A stretch of 61,006 bases of DNA from Octopus bimaculoides (Eukaryota), in NCBI RefSeq assembly GCF_001194135.2, contig NC_069004.1, forward strand, positions 12,387,376-12,448,381, in the 5' to 3' direction. Position numbers and translations under genes: made by a program. The notes below the pieces were generated by a model. The model saw nothing but the letters and a program-made list of their open reading frames with translations, ran no database searches and was not told where the DNA came from. This document shows, one piece after another, positions 13,116 through 25,440 of the stretch (the stretch's first letter is position 1; each line of letters begins with the position of its first letter).

Positions 13116-13891
13116 ACAAGTATCTGCGGTCCTGTTTCCAGCTGTACTGACTAACAAACTGATATCTCTTCTGTACTCCTCTGACACCTCATCTCGTTTA
13201 CATTGTCACTATGTCTAGTAGTTATTAACCTATCAGCTCGGCTGGCTGCGTGTGTTTTGTTCTACTAACATACCTGCCACCAGTGTTCATTTAGAACTGT
13301 GCTACTAAGCTAGAACAGATATTTGAGGTTTAAAAATAACCTTACCCACTTGAGTTTTTTAGTTTACCCTGGCAGCAGACTACGAGGAATTTCTTACCTG
13401 ACATTACAATGCTAATAGACTCTTCCAATAGAGATTGGTTTACGTTGAAATTTACTATTAAGTAGTCATTTTTCTGCAATTGCCAATCATTTCTTATTTC
13501 GATATGTGTCTTGTGTTCTTGCAGAGATATTTAATCTTGGCTGGTTTTTAATATCTCTTGAAGGAAGATGCACGAGGAATTTTAGGAAATGGGTTTATGT
13601 TACAGCATGCACCAAACACAAATAAATGCATATACATACACACACAAGCAAGTACACACAAGTATTTATATAATTGCAAAATTATTTTTAGCTAAAGCAT
13701 CTTAATTGCAATTAGCCCCTTTTATGGAAAATTATAATTAGTAAACCTCACTTATGTTTTACATAAAAATGTGTTCAATTTGGTTCAGCGTCAGATCTTG
13801 ATAAATTCCACCTTCAACGTGAGCAGTAATTCTCACCTTGTTCCCATACCCCTCTCTCTCTCTCTCCCCACTTCTTTCACTATTCCCTCCT

Positions 13892-13939
<48 letters not shown>

Positions 13940-14705
13940 CTCATCTTCTCCTCTTCCTTCCTCCCTCTGTCTATGTATTCCTTTTCTTTCATCTCCTCCT
14001 CATATATTAAGCTAATGTGTTTATTAGTTTCTGCTACCAAATCTTTGAACACTCAACACAACGGCATTGGCACTGTTGTTCTAAGTCTGCAACTTTACCT
14101 CGAAATTAATGAACAGCAAGTGGGGAGGAAGGAGGTGGGAATTAGTCCGAAATCTTTCGGTTTAAGAATCTAAGAACATCACAGGAATTATTCAGTTGGC
14201 CACCAAATTGGTAAAATGATCCAATTATTTGATTTTGGCTTTTGGTTGTGGGTTGTTTTTTTTTTGTTTTGTTTTTTTTTGCCTCTATGTTCCAACTCCA
14301 GTCTCATTTCAAGAGACAAAAGAGAAATGCAAAACTATGTTAGCAATGCTGCTAAGAATTCCAGGGTGGAACCCATTAAACATAGCAATAGGTTCTTGCC
14401 AGATGTTTCAGTATTTTGTCAACATCAGCTGCCACAAGTCATTATCCTACTTACCTGGTTCTTTTGGCTGAAATAAACAGCGGAATGGTAAACTGAACTG
14501 TTTTGGCGGCACTGGCACTGCTCTCTCTCTCTCTCACACACACATACACACTAGACTACTTACCAATAACACTATGTCACACATACTAAATAGTGTATTA
14601 TGAATGTAAACAAACAAACAAACAAACAATCATATACACTCACAGAACATACAATAGTATACATGTTCACTGCATATAAAGTTCTCATACACAATGAACA
14701 AACAA

Positions 14706-14740
<35 letters not shown>

Positions 14741-15063
14741 TCACACAGAGTTTCTGACATGGATTTATTTTAATATATCTATATATATATATCTATATGT
14801 ATTGAAAGAAAGAAAATAGAGAATTATGGATGAATAAATAATTTATTTGTATGATATAAAGACGTTGAAATTTTTTATAAAAACAATACAAATAAATTGT
14901 TAGTTGTAAAGCTCTGAAAGAAATGGCAGATGCCAAAAAAACTACAAATATGTTTTGATTCATTTTCTCCTTATATGATAGTGATTAACCAGTGGAATGT
15001 TTTGGATTATTTAATCCCTAATGTGGATCTAACATCCTCGAATTGACATGTATATGATAGATC

Positions 15064-15456
15064 GCTGACCACTACACATATATTTTTTTCTCTCCTTGTT
15101 TCTTTCAGTGTTCCTTTCTGTTGAAGAGCGTAGGCTCGAAATGTTAAAGACTTTCCCTATTCCCGAGTGTTATATTCATTTGTTGTTTGTACCACCTGTC
15201 TTCGTCTGTTGTTTTTTCGTGAATTCTCCCATATATATATATATATATATATATAACAGAGTAAGCACATAAATGTAAAACAAAGTGGAGAAAAAAAAAT
15301 AATACTCGAATACCAGAAGTAGAGTAATATGCTTTTGTAATAAAGCCGCAAAGACATTACAAAACCTGTTACTCAGAGTTTCATGTTCCTGTTTGTTGAA
15401 CAGTTTTGATTGAGCAAGACTGTCCAATGAACAGGAACATGAAACTCTGACTAACA
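15064..15456. repeat. Possible Penelope-like terminal remnants with a 38-bp-arm hairpin
   Basis: Hairpin arms 15367-15404 and 15419-15456 (34/38 paired). Motif TTGAAGAGCGTAGGCTCGAAA at 15121-15141. Family assignment is from memory of PLE termini. Confidence 0.4.
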
Positions 15457-16736
15457 CTTTATAGTGATGCCTTTGCAGCTTTCTTAATAAAGTATATATA
15501 TATATATATACTCACCCCCATCACCTTTCTGTACCTTTCTGATACACACCCCCATCACCTTTCTGTACTGCTAGCTCCCTCTAACCCAGAAATTAACATG
15601 CAAGTGGCTAAGCGTTCCACAGACATACATATCCCTACCTTAATTCTCAGTGAGATTCAGTGTGACATAGAATGGGACAAGGCTGGCCCTTTGAAACACA
15701 GGGGCTACTCATTTTTGCCAGCTGAGTGGACTGGTGCAACATGGGACAAATTATATAGCACAAGGACACAACGCTCCACCAGGAATTGAGCTTATGACCT
15801 TACAATCTTGAGCCGAATACCCCTAACCACTAAGTCACGCACCATCGCATAACGAACGACAACTAATGAGTTTTTAGTTAAATCTGCTAAATCCTCTGAA
15901 AGCCTGTCTTGTGGGTAGCATCAGGTTTTATGTTGCCAATCTTCATAATACCCTTTGAAGTATTGTGAGTGAAGACTAAATTACATACAATTTAAATGGT
16001 TCCTATTGCTGAGGGGTTATTTAAGCTGAGGAAGTAACCTGAGAGGCAATTATATATATGTTTGTATATGATAGAGGATCATAATTGTGATTGAAATATT
16101 GAGTCCAGGTTCTTGTTTATGGGACGTGGAAGGTGTGTATATTTTAGTGTTTCAATGTAAATGGGTGGCTGATACAAGTTTACTTAATAAATCTGGGTGG
16201 GAAGCCTATCAAGGAGGTCCAAATACCTGGGTGGCTGTTAGATATCTATAAGTAATATATCTCTAGGATTCATATATCTTGGGTGGCTCATCCAACTGGA
16301 ATTTTATTAGATGATACATCTGTGTGTGTGTGTGTATGTGCGTTTCCCTTGAGATATTACTGCTGTCATCATCATCATCATCAACAACTAAACGCCCATT
16401 TTAAAACTGGTTGTTTGATGTACAATCGAAATGTCTGTATACCAGGGTGGTTTGTTTTATGTGAGTAGTCGGTAATAATATATTTAAAACCTTCTTCTCC
16501 TCCATCAACTTCGTTATCTCTGGTATTCCTCACGAAATACTAATTAAACCTCACTCACTGATCAAACCATACCATCTGAAAAAGCAAGATAAGATAATGT
16601 AATCTTAGATACAATATATCTGAAGAAAGGACGAGTTATACACGACCACAATAAATTTGAGAACAACCTACATTTCATTGGCTCCCTACATGTTATATAT
16701 CTACATGTTATATCATCGTTATCATCGTTTATACAC

Positions 16737-16807
<71 letters not shown>

Positions 16808-16867
16808 CACACACATATATATATATATGTATGTATATATATACAAATATATATATATATGTATGTA

Positions 16868-17021
16868 TATATTTCCAAGGTTTCAAATTTGTATGTTTAA
16901 AAAGTTGAGCACAGAAATGTTGACATCGAATAGTAAATAATTAAATAAATGGAATAAAAATCCGTTGTGTTGAAAGTCTCTATCTTTTTTAAACATACAA
17001 TTTTGAAACCTTGGAAATATA
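16868..17021. repeat. About 150-bp foldback element with 37-38 bp inverted arms
   Basis: tatatttccaaggtttcaaatttgtatgtttaaaaag (16868-16904) versus the reverse complement of 16984-17021: one mismatch and one indel, TA at both ends. Confidence 0.75.
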
Positions 17022-17479
17022 AACAATGAGAACGACCCTTAAGGAATCTAATCAATTGTGGTGAAGCCTTATGCTATATTGGTAACGATTACAACATTTA
17101 CTGGAAAATTATGTATGTATATATATACAAATATATATATGTATATATATGTATGTGTATATATACATGTGTGTGGTTTGGCAAAAGAGACCAAGATCAT
17201 AAAAAAAAAGAAGTTCAACTAAAATTTTTCAAAAACCCCAGCATGGCCGCAGTCTAATGACTGAAACAAGATAAAAAAAAGACACATATACACACACTTA
17301 CAAGAGGCTTCTATACAATTTCCCCTCTTAAGGAGTGGTATTATAGCAAAATTCCCTCACCGTAAGTGCCATGTAGTAGATTTGAACTCAGTATGACATG
17401 GTACCAAAATAAACATCTTAACCACATAATTATATCTGATCCATTGGCAGCTCACACCCTGTCAGAAGTACTGTATTCA

Positions 17480-17935
17480 TCATCATCATCATTTAATGTC
17501 TGTTTTCCATGCTGGCATGGGTTGGACAGTTTGACAGGAGCTAGCAAGCCAGAGAGCTACATCAGGTTCTATTGTCTGTTTTGGGATGGCTTCTGCAGCT
17601 CTATGGCCCTTCCTAATGCCAACCACTTTACAGAGTGTACTTTGTTGTTCTTTATGTTGTACCAGCACAAGTACTTTTTTTATGTGGCACCAGCACAAGG
17701 TGCTTTTTATGTGAGACCACCTTGGGCGCTTTTCATGTGGCACCAACATAGGTAATTTTTTATGCAACACCAACATGGGTGCATTTAATGTGACCTCAGC
17801 ATGGGTGCTTTTTACATGGCACCAGTATAGGTGCTTTTTACGTGGCACCAGCATGGAGGCATTTTATGTGGCACCAGCACAGGTGCTCTTTACGTGGCAC
17901 CAATATGGGTAACTTTTACATGACACTAGCACATC
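17480..17935 (-). repeat. RTE-tail-derived element with a degenerate 26-bp minisatellite
   Basis: (ATC)n at about 17478-17492, then about 10 units of ttttta(t/c)gtggcaccagca(c/t)(a/g)ggtgc at 17675-17930. Confidence 0.8.
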
Positions 17936-18956
17936 CAAAATGAAGACAACCAACTCAAGCAGCTCAGTCCACTTACCTATAACTAGGTTAAACATCATGG
18001 TATATTATACCAATTTAAACAGGGGCCACACAGTAAAACTGATGATTGTTCTAATGGCGTGCAGTAATGAGTTCAATTTCTCTGATTAGGAAAGCTCCTC
18101 TCAATATACCAGCATTCTATTCCAGGTGGTATTTACCTCAGATCCACTTAACACTATTCTAGAAACCGAAATATCTGCACCAGTTTTATGGAATTACATG
18201 TTACTAATATTTTTCTTCAAATATTTCCCATTTCCATGACCCCAGTCTGTCTCACTGTCATCTCTGATTGATGTTGTTTAATTTCCATCAATATATTTCT
18301 GTGTTCCTTACCAATTTCCCAGCTGCTAATAATATAATGGTTTGTTCTGAGACTTCAATAGATTCCAAGCAGCATTTTCAGACAATTTTACATTTAAGAC
18401 CAGCAGATTAAAGAAACAACAAAGATCAGGATTAGTTCTTCATTTGATTGAAGAAATTTTCTTTAGACTTACAGGAATTCCATATCTTTCTACAATGTTT
18501 CTGATAGAACATTTTTTTTTTTATTCCTTTGAAGAATTTCTCCCTGCAGCAGGTGGGGGGTGGCGTATGAAATAACTGAAATTCCTAACTTGATTCTGTG
18601 AATTATTATCTTCAGAAGCTTCTGCTATTTGATACCTTCTTTTACTCATCCCTACCATAAATCCCACTTCATCTTCCATAGTAAATATCTTTAAAATATT
18701 ATGTAAATATATTAGATTATTTCTATTGCATATATCATTTTTGTGTGTGTGTGTGCATGAAGGCACATGGTTCAGTGGTTAGAGTGTCAGGCTCACAATC
18801 ATGAGGTGGTGAATTCAATTCCCAGACCAAGCTGTGTTGTGTTCTTGAGCAAGACACTTTATTTCATGTTGCTCCAGTTCACTCAGCTGTAGAAATGAGT
18901 TGCGATGTCACTGGTGCCAAGCTGTATCAGCCTTTGCCTTTCCCTTGGATAACATC

Positions 18957-19036
<80 letters not shown>

Positions 19037-19849
19037 CTATTACGTTTTACTTGTTTCAGTCATTTGACTGCAGCCATCCTGGGGCACCACCTTGAAAGGT
19101 TTCATTCAAACAAATCAACCCTAGGACTTATATTATGATGCCTAGTACTTATTCTATCAGTCTCTTTTGCCATTTATCCTCCATGCAGGCATGGGTTGGG
19201 CAGTTTGACAGGCACTGGCAAGGCAGAAGACTGCACCAAGCTGTACTGTCTACTTTGGCAGGGTTTCTATGGCTGGATGCCCTCCCTAATACCAGCCACT
19301 CTACAGAGTGTAGCGGATGCTTTTTACGGCGCACCAGCAACAGCGAGGTCACCAAGTGACTTGCAAAGCAAGGATCCCTCAAATGCGGGGGTTGAGTAGT
19401 ATTGAGGGAGGTGGCTTTGTGCCAGAATATGAGAGGTTAGAGTATGAGTAGAGGGACAGAAACAGATGTCTTGCTGTATACAGAATACACGGCTACCTCA
19501 GTTGGAAAGATAGGGGAGAGAAGACGGGGGAGAAAGATGTGTTGAGACAAGGCATACCCTTAAATTAGAGGGAGGTGTATGTAAATGAAGTGGTACAGAG
19601 GATTGGATAGGGTTAGTGGGTGGACAAGTTCATGAGAGTGCCAAATGGAATATATATATGTATATATATATATGTATATATATATATATTACTGGCAATG
19701 TTCTCTGTTCCTTAGAGTTGGCTCTGGTCTTGTGTCGTTTTCACTGTGTCCCTTCTCCACAACTCATTCATCACCCATATTGTGTACTTCTCACTCTCAC
19801 CAGCCCTCAAACTAACCACTATGGCATGGTGACATCATATACTGGGGAC

Positions 19850-20030
19850 CCCTTCAGGTCTAGCGACCCAATCCTGTGATTTTCTGTTGGTAAACAGATA
19901 GTACAGGCCTCCCCCATCCTACCACCACCTCCATGTGTACTACTTTATCTTCCCAAGCCTGTATTACTGCTAATGCGGTCCTCATACCCAATCCTTTTTC
20001 CCTCCAAAATGCTGTCCCTCTGGAAATCCC
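19850..20030 (-). mobile_element. Possible decayed LINE AP-endonuclease remnant
   Basis: Reads AVIQAWEDKVVHMEVVVGWGRPVLSVYQ, loosely resembling the RTE APE motif KW.DKV.EV...TIISVYAP. Confidence 0.3.
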
Positions 20031-20721
20031 TCATTGCATCGGTTAAATATTTTTGGAAGCTAATGTACAGATTCTAAATTAATATGGTTTAAATACAAAC
20101 CAAATCTTGTCTTTTGATCAAAAATTAGTTAACTACATCATCCTCATGTCTCAAGCGCACATGCATGGAACCAAGTGTACTCGGTTCCCACACAGTAAAG
20201 ATTAACCAATCAAACCAAGCCAATAAATAAATTCATCAACGGAAGAGTCCAGTGAAATCCATAAGTATATCCAGTGGTAATCCAGATGGAGTGCTGGTAT
20301 GTAGATGAGGAGAGATGCAGAACGTTCAGACAGTAGTAAGTCCAAAGTGTAGGAGGTCAAAGCAAGATGACTACTTCAATTATTTTTTCGTTTCATATTT
20401 GTTTTATCTTTGGGTTTGATTGATCTTCAAATCTCTTTATTGATCTTATCTGCTAAGGGAAATTATTTTACAGCTGGATACTGTTCTTCACTTGACAGTG
20501 AAGAGAATACATTAAAGAGACTTAAAGTTAACCATATTCTCCATGCAGGCTTCATCTTTCAAAATTTCACCCTAAAACCAGTCCTTTAGTTCCCATAATG
20601 CATGTCTTCATTCAATGACTTTCAAGATTTGAACTTAGGCTCTGTCTGTTTACTGTCTGTCTGTATCTCACATCCCCAGCTTTCTTTTACAAAACAGTTT
20701 CTTTGACCAATTATAATAATG

Positions 20722-20942
20722 ATAATCCTTTCTACTAAAGACACAAGGCCTGAAATTTTGCGGGAGGGGAATAGTCGATTACGTTGACCCCAGTACTCAA
20801 CTGGTATTCATTTTATTGACTCCGAAAGGATGAAAGACTAAGTCAACTTCAGCAAAATATCAACTCAGAATATAAAGACAGATGAAATACTGCATAGCAT
20901 GTCGCCCAGCTTGCTAATGATTCTGCCAGCTCACTGCGTCTG

Positions 20943-20974
<32 letters not shown>

Positions 20975-21407
20975 CCTTTCTACTAAAAGCACAAGGCCTG
21001 AAATTTTGTGGGGAGGGGAATAGTTACATTGACCCCAGTGTTTCACTGGTACTTAATTTATTGACTCCAAAAGGACATGACAGGTGAAGTCAACCTTGGT
21101 GGAATATAAACTCAGAACATAAAGACAGACAAAATAATGCGAAGCTTTTCGCCCGGCATGGTAACAATTCTGCCAGCTTGCTACCTTAATGGTAATGATG
21201 ATGATGGTTTCAAATTTTGCCATAAGAGCAGAATTTTGTGGGGTAGGAGATGAGTCGCTTACATCAACCCCAGTGTTCAACTGGTACTTATTTTATTGAC
21301 CCTAAACAGATGAAAAGTAAACTCAACCTCGGTGGAATTTGAACTCAGAACGTAGTGATGGGTGGAATACCGCTAAGCACTAACAATTCTGCCAGCTCAC
21401 CGCCTTA
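20722..21407 (-). mobile_element. Three tandem family B SINEs linked by (TAA)n
   Basis: Each carries the central gcctttcatcctttcggggtcgataaa..aagtaccag domain (a conserved SINE central domain; I cannot assign the exact name). Copies at about 20722-20940, 20972-21188 and 21205-21407. Confidence 0.85.
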
Positions 21408-22656
21408 ATTACATAATAATAAGAAGAAATAAGGCATTTGTGATTTGCTGGTTTGTATTTCTTGTACATAAGGAAATCTATATGGTGTGTGTGCATTGCA
21501 TTTTTGAACACAAGACAACTATATGGTGTGTGTGTTATATCAGTCTAGTTGCAATAGAAAAAACATAAAGAATTTGCATAAAGAGATACCATGTGTGTAA
21601 TAAAATACTCAAAGAACCTCTCTCTCTCTTTCTATCTCTCTCTTTTTCCCTCTGAATTCCAAGACTCCCTGAAACGCTTTGTCATTAGTCAAATAAAATC
21701 ATTAGTTTTTGTTTTTATTTTTCCTTCTTTTGGTCATTTCCTGTGGTCTAAGAATTCTTTTTGTCGTTAGATTCTCTTCCTTCCGTTTCTTTCATTCAGA
21801 AGAATGAAAGATTTTTTTAGAATGTAATGACTGTCTCTTATCCGTTAAATGCTAATTAAGGCTCTGCTCACCTTAAAACCCTTCAGCAATGTGTGTGGCC
21901 ATATTTAGGAAGAATGGTGCTGACTGCAGCCATGGCGCCAGTCTAAAACACACAGAAGCTAATGTTGTTTTTTGTTCTTTTGAAATACTTGTTTCAACAA
22001 CCGAGAGAATATATTTTTAATATATTATATTCTAAAGACACTGGATTGACAGAAATCATAGATTTTGTCTCTTGGGAGGACAGTTATGCCAATAATAAAT
22101 ACACACACTGGTTCTGTTTTACTTCCATTATTATTATTATTAAGGCAGTTAACTGAATATGCTTAACAATATCTTTCTCTGTATAATTTTATTTGGTGTT
22201 TTAACAAATAAAATCTACAGCTTCTATTCTTAAGTCAAATATCATTGAGTGTAATGTCAACTTTGTGTGGACAGCTGGTTGAAACCAGTTCTCTGACACC
22301 ACTGATAATAACCTTTGTAAAAGAATGAACTCCTCACAATCTTATTCCCCTGTAAATTTTTAACTTTATGCCCAAAAACAGGCTTTGGAGGAAGAGGTTC
22401 ACTCCACATTCACATGGTTTCAGTTTCGGTTCCACTGTGCAGCACTTTGGGCAAGTGCCCTTTACTAAGGTAACAGGTTGAATCTGTTCATCAAACTGAA
22501 ATACTTGATTCCATTTCATTCCTTTACACATGGACCAAATTCTCCTATTTACTTTAGATTTTAAAAGAATTGCTTAATACAGTTCTATGATCAATATAAT
22601 TGACTCAAATCATTGGCGGTATTGTTCCAGCATGGCCATGTTCCAATCTCCTTTAA

Positions 22657-23098
22657 CTTTTTGATATTAATTGACCTGAGACCACCCCTAGTTCTATGAT
22701 ACAAGCTGCTGGTTTTAAAGTGATCTGAATATAAAACCTTCCATCAAAATTTCATGTTAACCCTTTAGCATTCAGATTAACCAATCAAATGTAATGCCTA
22801 TTTATTCATATTGTTTTGAACTAATCACGCACTATCTCATAGCTTCAAGGTTTTGATGATGAGATGGTTCATTTTTAGAATGGCATTGCTGGATAGGTGT
22901 GAAAAGCCAGATCTGGCCAGTTTGAACATAAAACAGTTAGAATATATGGGGGTCAGATATGGCCAGTTTGAATGCTAAAGGATTAATTTATGTTGCAAAC
23001 ACAAGCTTAAAATGACAATATTTTACTAAATTCTTCCATATTTTCAAAATTAATTGAAACCAGCAAAATATGTCAACAGAAATATGGTAACAAAAAGG
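22657..23098. mobile_element. TTAA-flanked MITE family 2 (host of the nested MITE)
   Basis: TTAA-CTTTTTGATA...TAACAAAAAGG-TTAA; TTAA at 22653-22656 and 23099-23102. Confidence 0.6.
22761..22982. mobile_element. TTAA-flanked MITE family 1, nested in family 2
   Basis: TTAA-CCCTTTAGCATTC...GAATGCTAAAGGA-TTAA: 13-bp TIR with 1 mismatch; TTAA at 22757-22760 and 22983-22986. Confidence 0.85.
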
Positions 23099-25189
23099 TT
23101 AAAAGGAGAAAAGAATAATTAGATTATATTGCCCTAGCATGGCTACAACCTAGTAGTTGGAACCATTTGAGAAAAATGTCTCAGTTAACTCCGAAAACCC
23201 CTTTTAAAATCCCTTAGTTTGGCATAAAAGCTCAGTCATTAACTACCAGCAACTAAAATTTTAGAAATATTTTACTTTTGTATAATGCCAACCAATTATT
23301 GTACACAGTTCACCAATTTTCAAATTAATTTCCAGAAACTTTACCATTTTATAAATTCTGGAGCATCTCCAAATATTTCTTTAAAATCTCAAATTAGTTT
23401 CAGCAACGTTTTGCCAAGATAACCTCATTTCTTAAAATGACATCTTATTTTCATTCTTTTCACTTGTTTTAAGACCATTTTTTTTTAAGAAAGAAAAAAA
23501 AAGAAGAAAAAAACTGCTGCCAAATATTTGCTCTTAACTGGCCTTGTTTGCAGCAATGTGGTGAGGAGTTGGGGGGAGCACTAACAAAGGAATAGTTGAC
23601 CTTTGTAGAGGGACCTGACAAAAAATAAAAGGGTCAGAGAATGTTTAGGTTGTTATTTGGCAGACTAGTATCGTTAAAATGTTGTGTTGAAGATTACCCG
23701 ACAATCTTTTTGAAAATGGAATTAGAAAATAAATAATTTGACGTGACAAAAATGTCAATTTTTGAAAGAACTGAGATATTGTAAATCAAACTTTCTCTCT
23801 CTCATATATACATACATATATANNNNNNNNNNNNNNNNNNNNNNNNNNNNNNNNNNNNNNNNNNNNNNNNNNNNNNNNNNNNNNNNNNNNNNNNNNNNNN
23901 NNNNNNNNNNNNNNNNNNNNNNNNNNNNNNNNNNNNNNNNNNNNNNNNNNNNNNNNNNNNNNNNNNNNNNNNNNNNNNNNNNNNNNNNNNNNNNNNNNNN
24001 NNNNNNNNNNNNNNNNNTATATACACACACACACACACACACATTCACACACACTCACTCACACACAATGAGCTTCCACACAGTTTCTGTTTACCAAATT
24101 CACTCACAAGGCATTGGTCAGTCTGGGGCTATAGTGGAAGACACTTGTCCAAGGTATCACACAGTAAGACTGAACCTGAAGCCTAGTAGTTGCAAGGTGA
24201 GATTCTTAACCACATAGCTATGCCTTTCTAAAGGTTTTGGGAGTCTTTTTTTCTCTTTTTCCATTATCATTTTGGCAACCATTTCATATCTCTATTTGAA
24301 ATTTCGTATTTATCTCTTCAGGAAAGAGATAAAGATAGAAGTGTTACACAATTCTTATCTCCATTTTACAAATTTTTCCAAAAATCAATTTTACTAGTTA
24401 TATCGAATCACCAGCACAAACGCTAATTAATAATCAATAATGATAATTAATAACAAATAATGATACAATCGTGGCTGTACAGTTAAGAAGTTCATTTCAC
24501 AACCCTGTGGTTTCAGGTTCAGTTGTTGGGCAAGTGTTTTCAACTATAACCCCAGGTCAACCAATGCCTTGGAAGGGAATTTTGTAGACAGAAACGTGTG
24601 TGTGTGTTGTTGTTGGTATTTCATAGTTTCACTTGTCACTACAATCTGAGTGAAACAGTGACTTGATGTTTAAATTCCTTGTTGGTATTATGGCTTGTCA
24701 CTTTGTCCCTTTGAAAACACCCCTGAAATACAAAAATATTCCCAGGAAGATATGGGATGAGATGGCTAAGCATGATCATTGAACGTTGAGTCTCACGGAT
24801 GTGATGACAAGTCACTGAGAGCTTTGGTGATTTGCTGTGCCTGAGAAGACATGTCAAGCTAAGTGAAGTTGTAGTCGTGGTCAGTGCCAGTGACACATAA
24901 AAAGCGTCAATACCAATGACATATAAAAGGCACCTGTGCTGGTGATACATAGAGGCTCCCACAACACTCTGTGGAGTGGTTGGCACTAGGAAGGGCATCC
25001 AGCTGTAGAAACCATGCCAAATCAAACTGACTGGAACCTGGTGCAGCTCTCAAACTTACCAGCTCCAGTCAAACCATCTAACCCATGCCAGTATGGAAAA
25101 CGAGTGCTAAATGATGATGATGATTTCTTACTTAAAAAAAAAAACAGGTTTGGTAACAGTATGAGCATCCAGTTGTAAAATCTCAGACT

Positions 25190-25440
25190 TTTTCTTCCAC
25201 TGTTTCCATCCTCTTGGATCTCCAAATGCTTCTTCATTCGTCTATCCTCATCTACACACATTCCATGTCTATACCAGAGCAGTCATCTCTCTTAGACTCA
25301 ACACCTGATTACCTTTCCACCAAGTTTTTTTTTCCTCTCATCACACCTATTCCTCATCGTTCATTCATTAATTACACTAACATTGCACATCCAGTAGATC
25401 ATGTCTGCTTCAATTCTTCCATCCAGTAATACCCTGTATC
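25190..25440 (-). mobile_element. Degenerate RTE LINE ORF-end fragment
   Basis: Contains MIYWMCNV and MCVDEDRRMKKHLEIQEDGNSGRK, homologous to the other RTE tails in this window. Confidence 0.55.

Noticed and set aside
12229-13218. Long ORFs of 270-310 aa
   Set aside because: Dinucleotide repeats plus N runs. The same applies at 23.8, 30.0, 34.2, 48.1, 53.7 and 59.3 kb.
17675-17930. CRISPR-like appearance of short regular repeats (also 58856-59000)
   Set aside because: These are contiguous degenerate units without unique spacers, in animal DNA with no cas genes.
18521-18680. MEDEVGFMVGMSKRRYQ... ORF
   Set aside because: No recognisable homology and no convincing linked exons.
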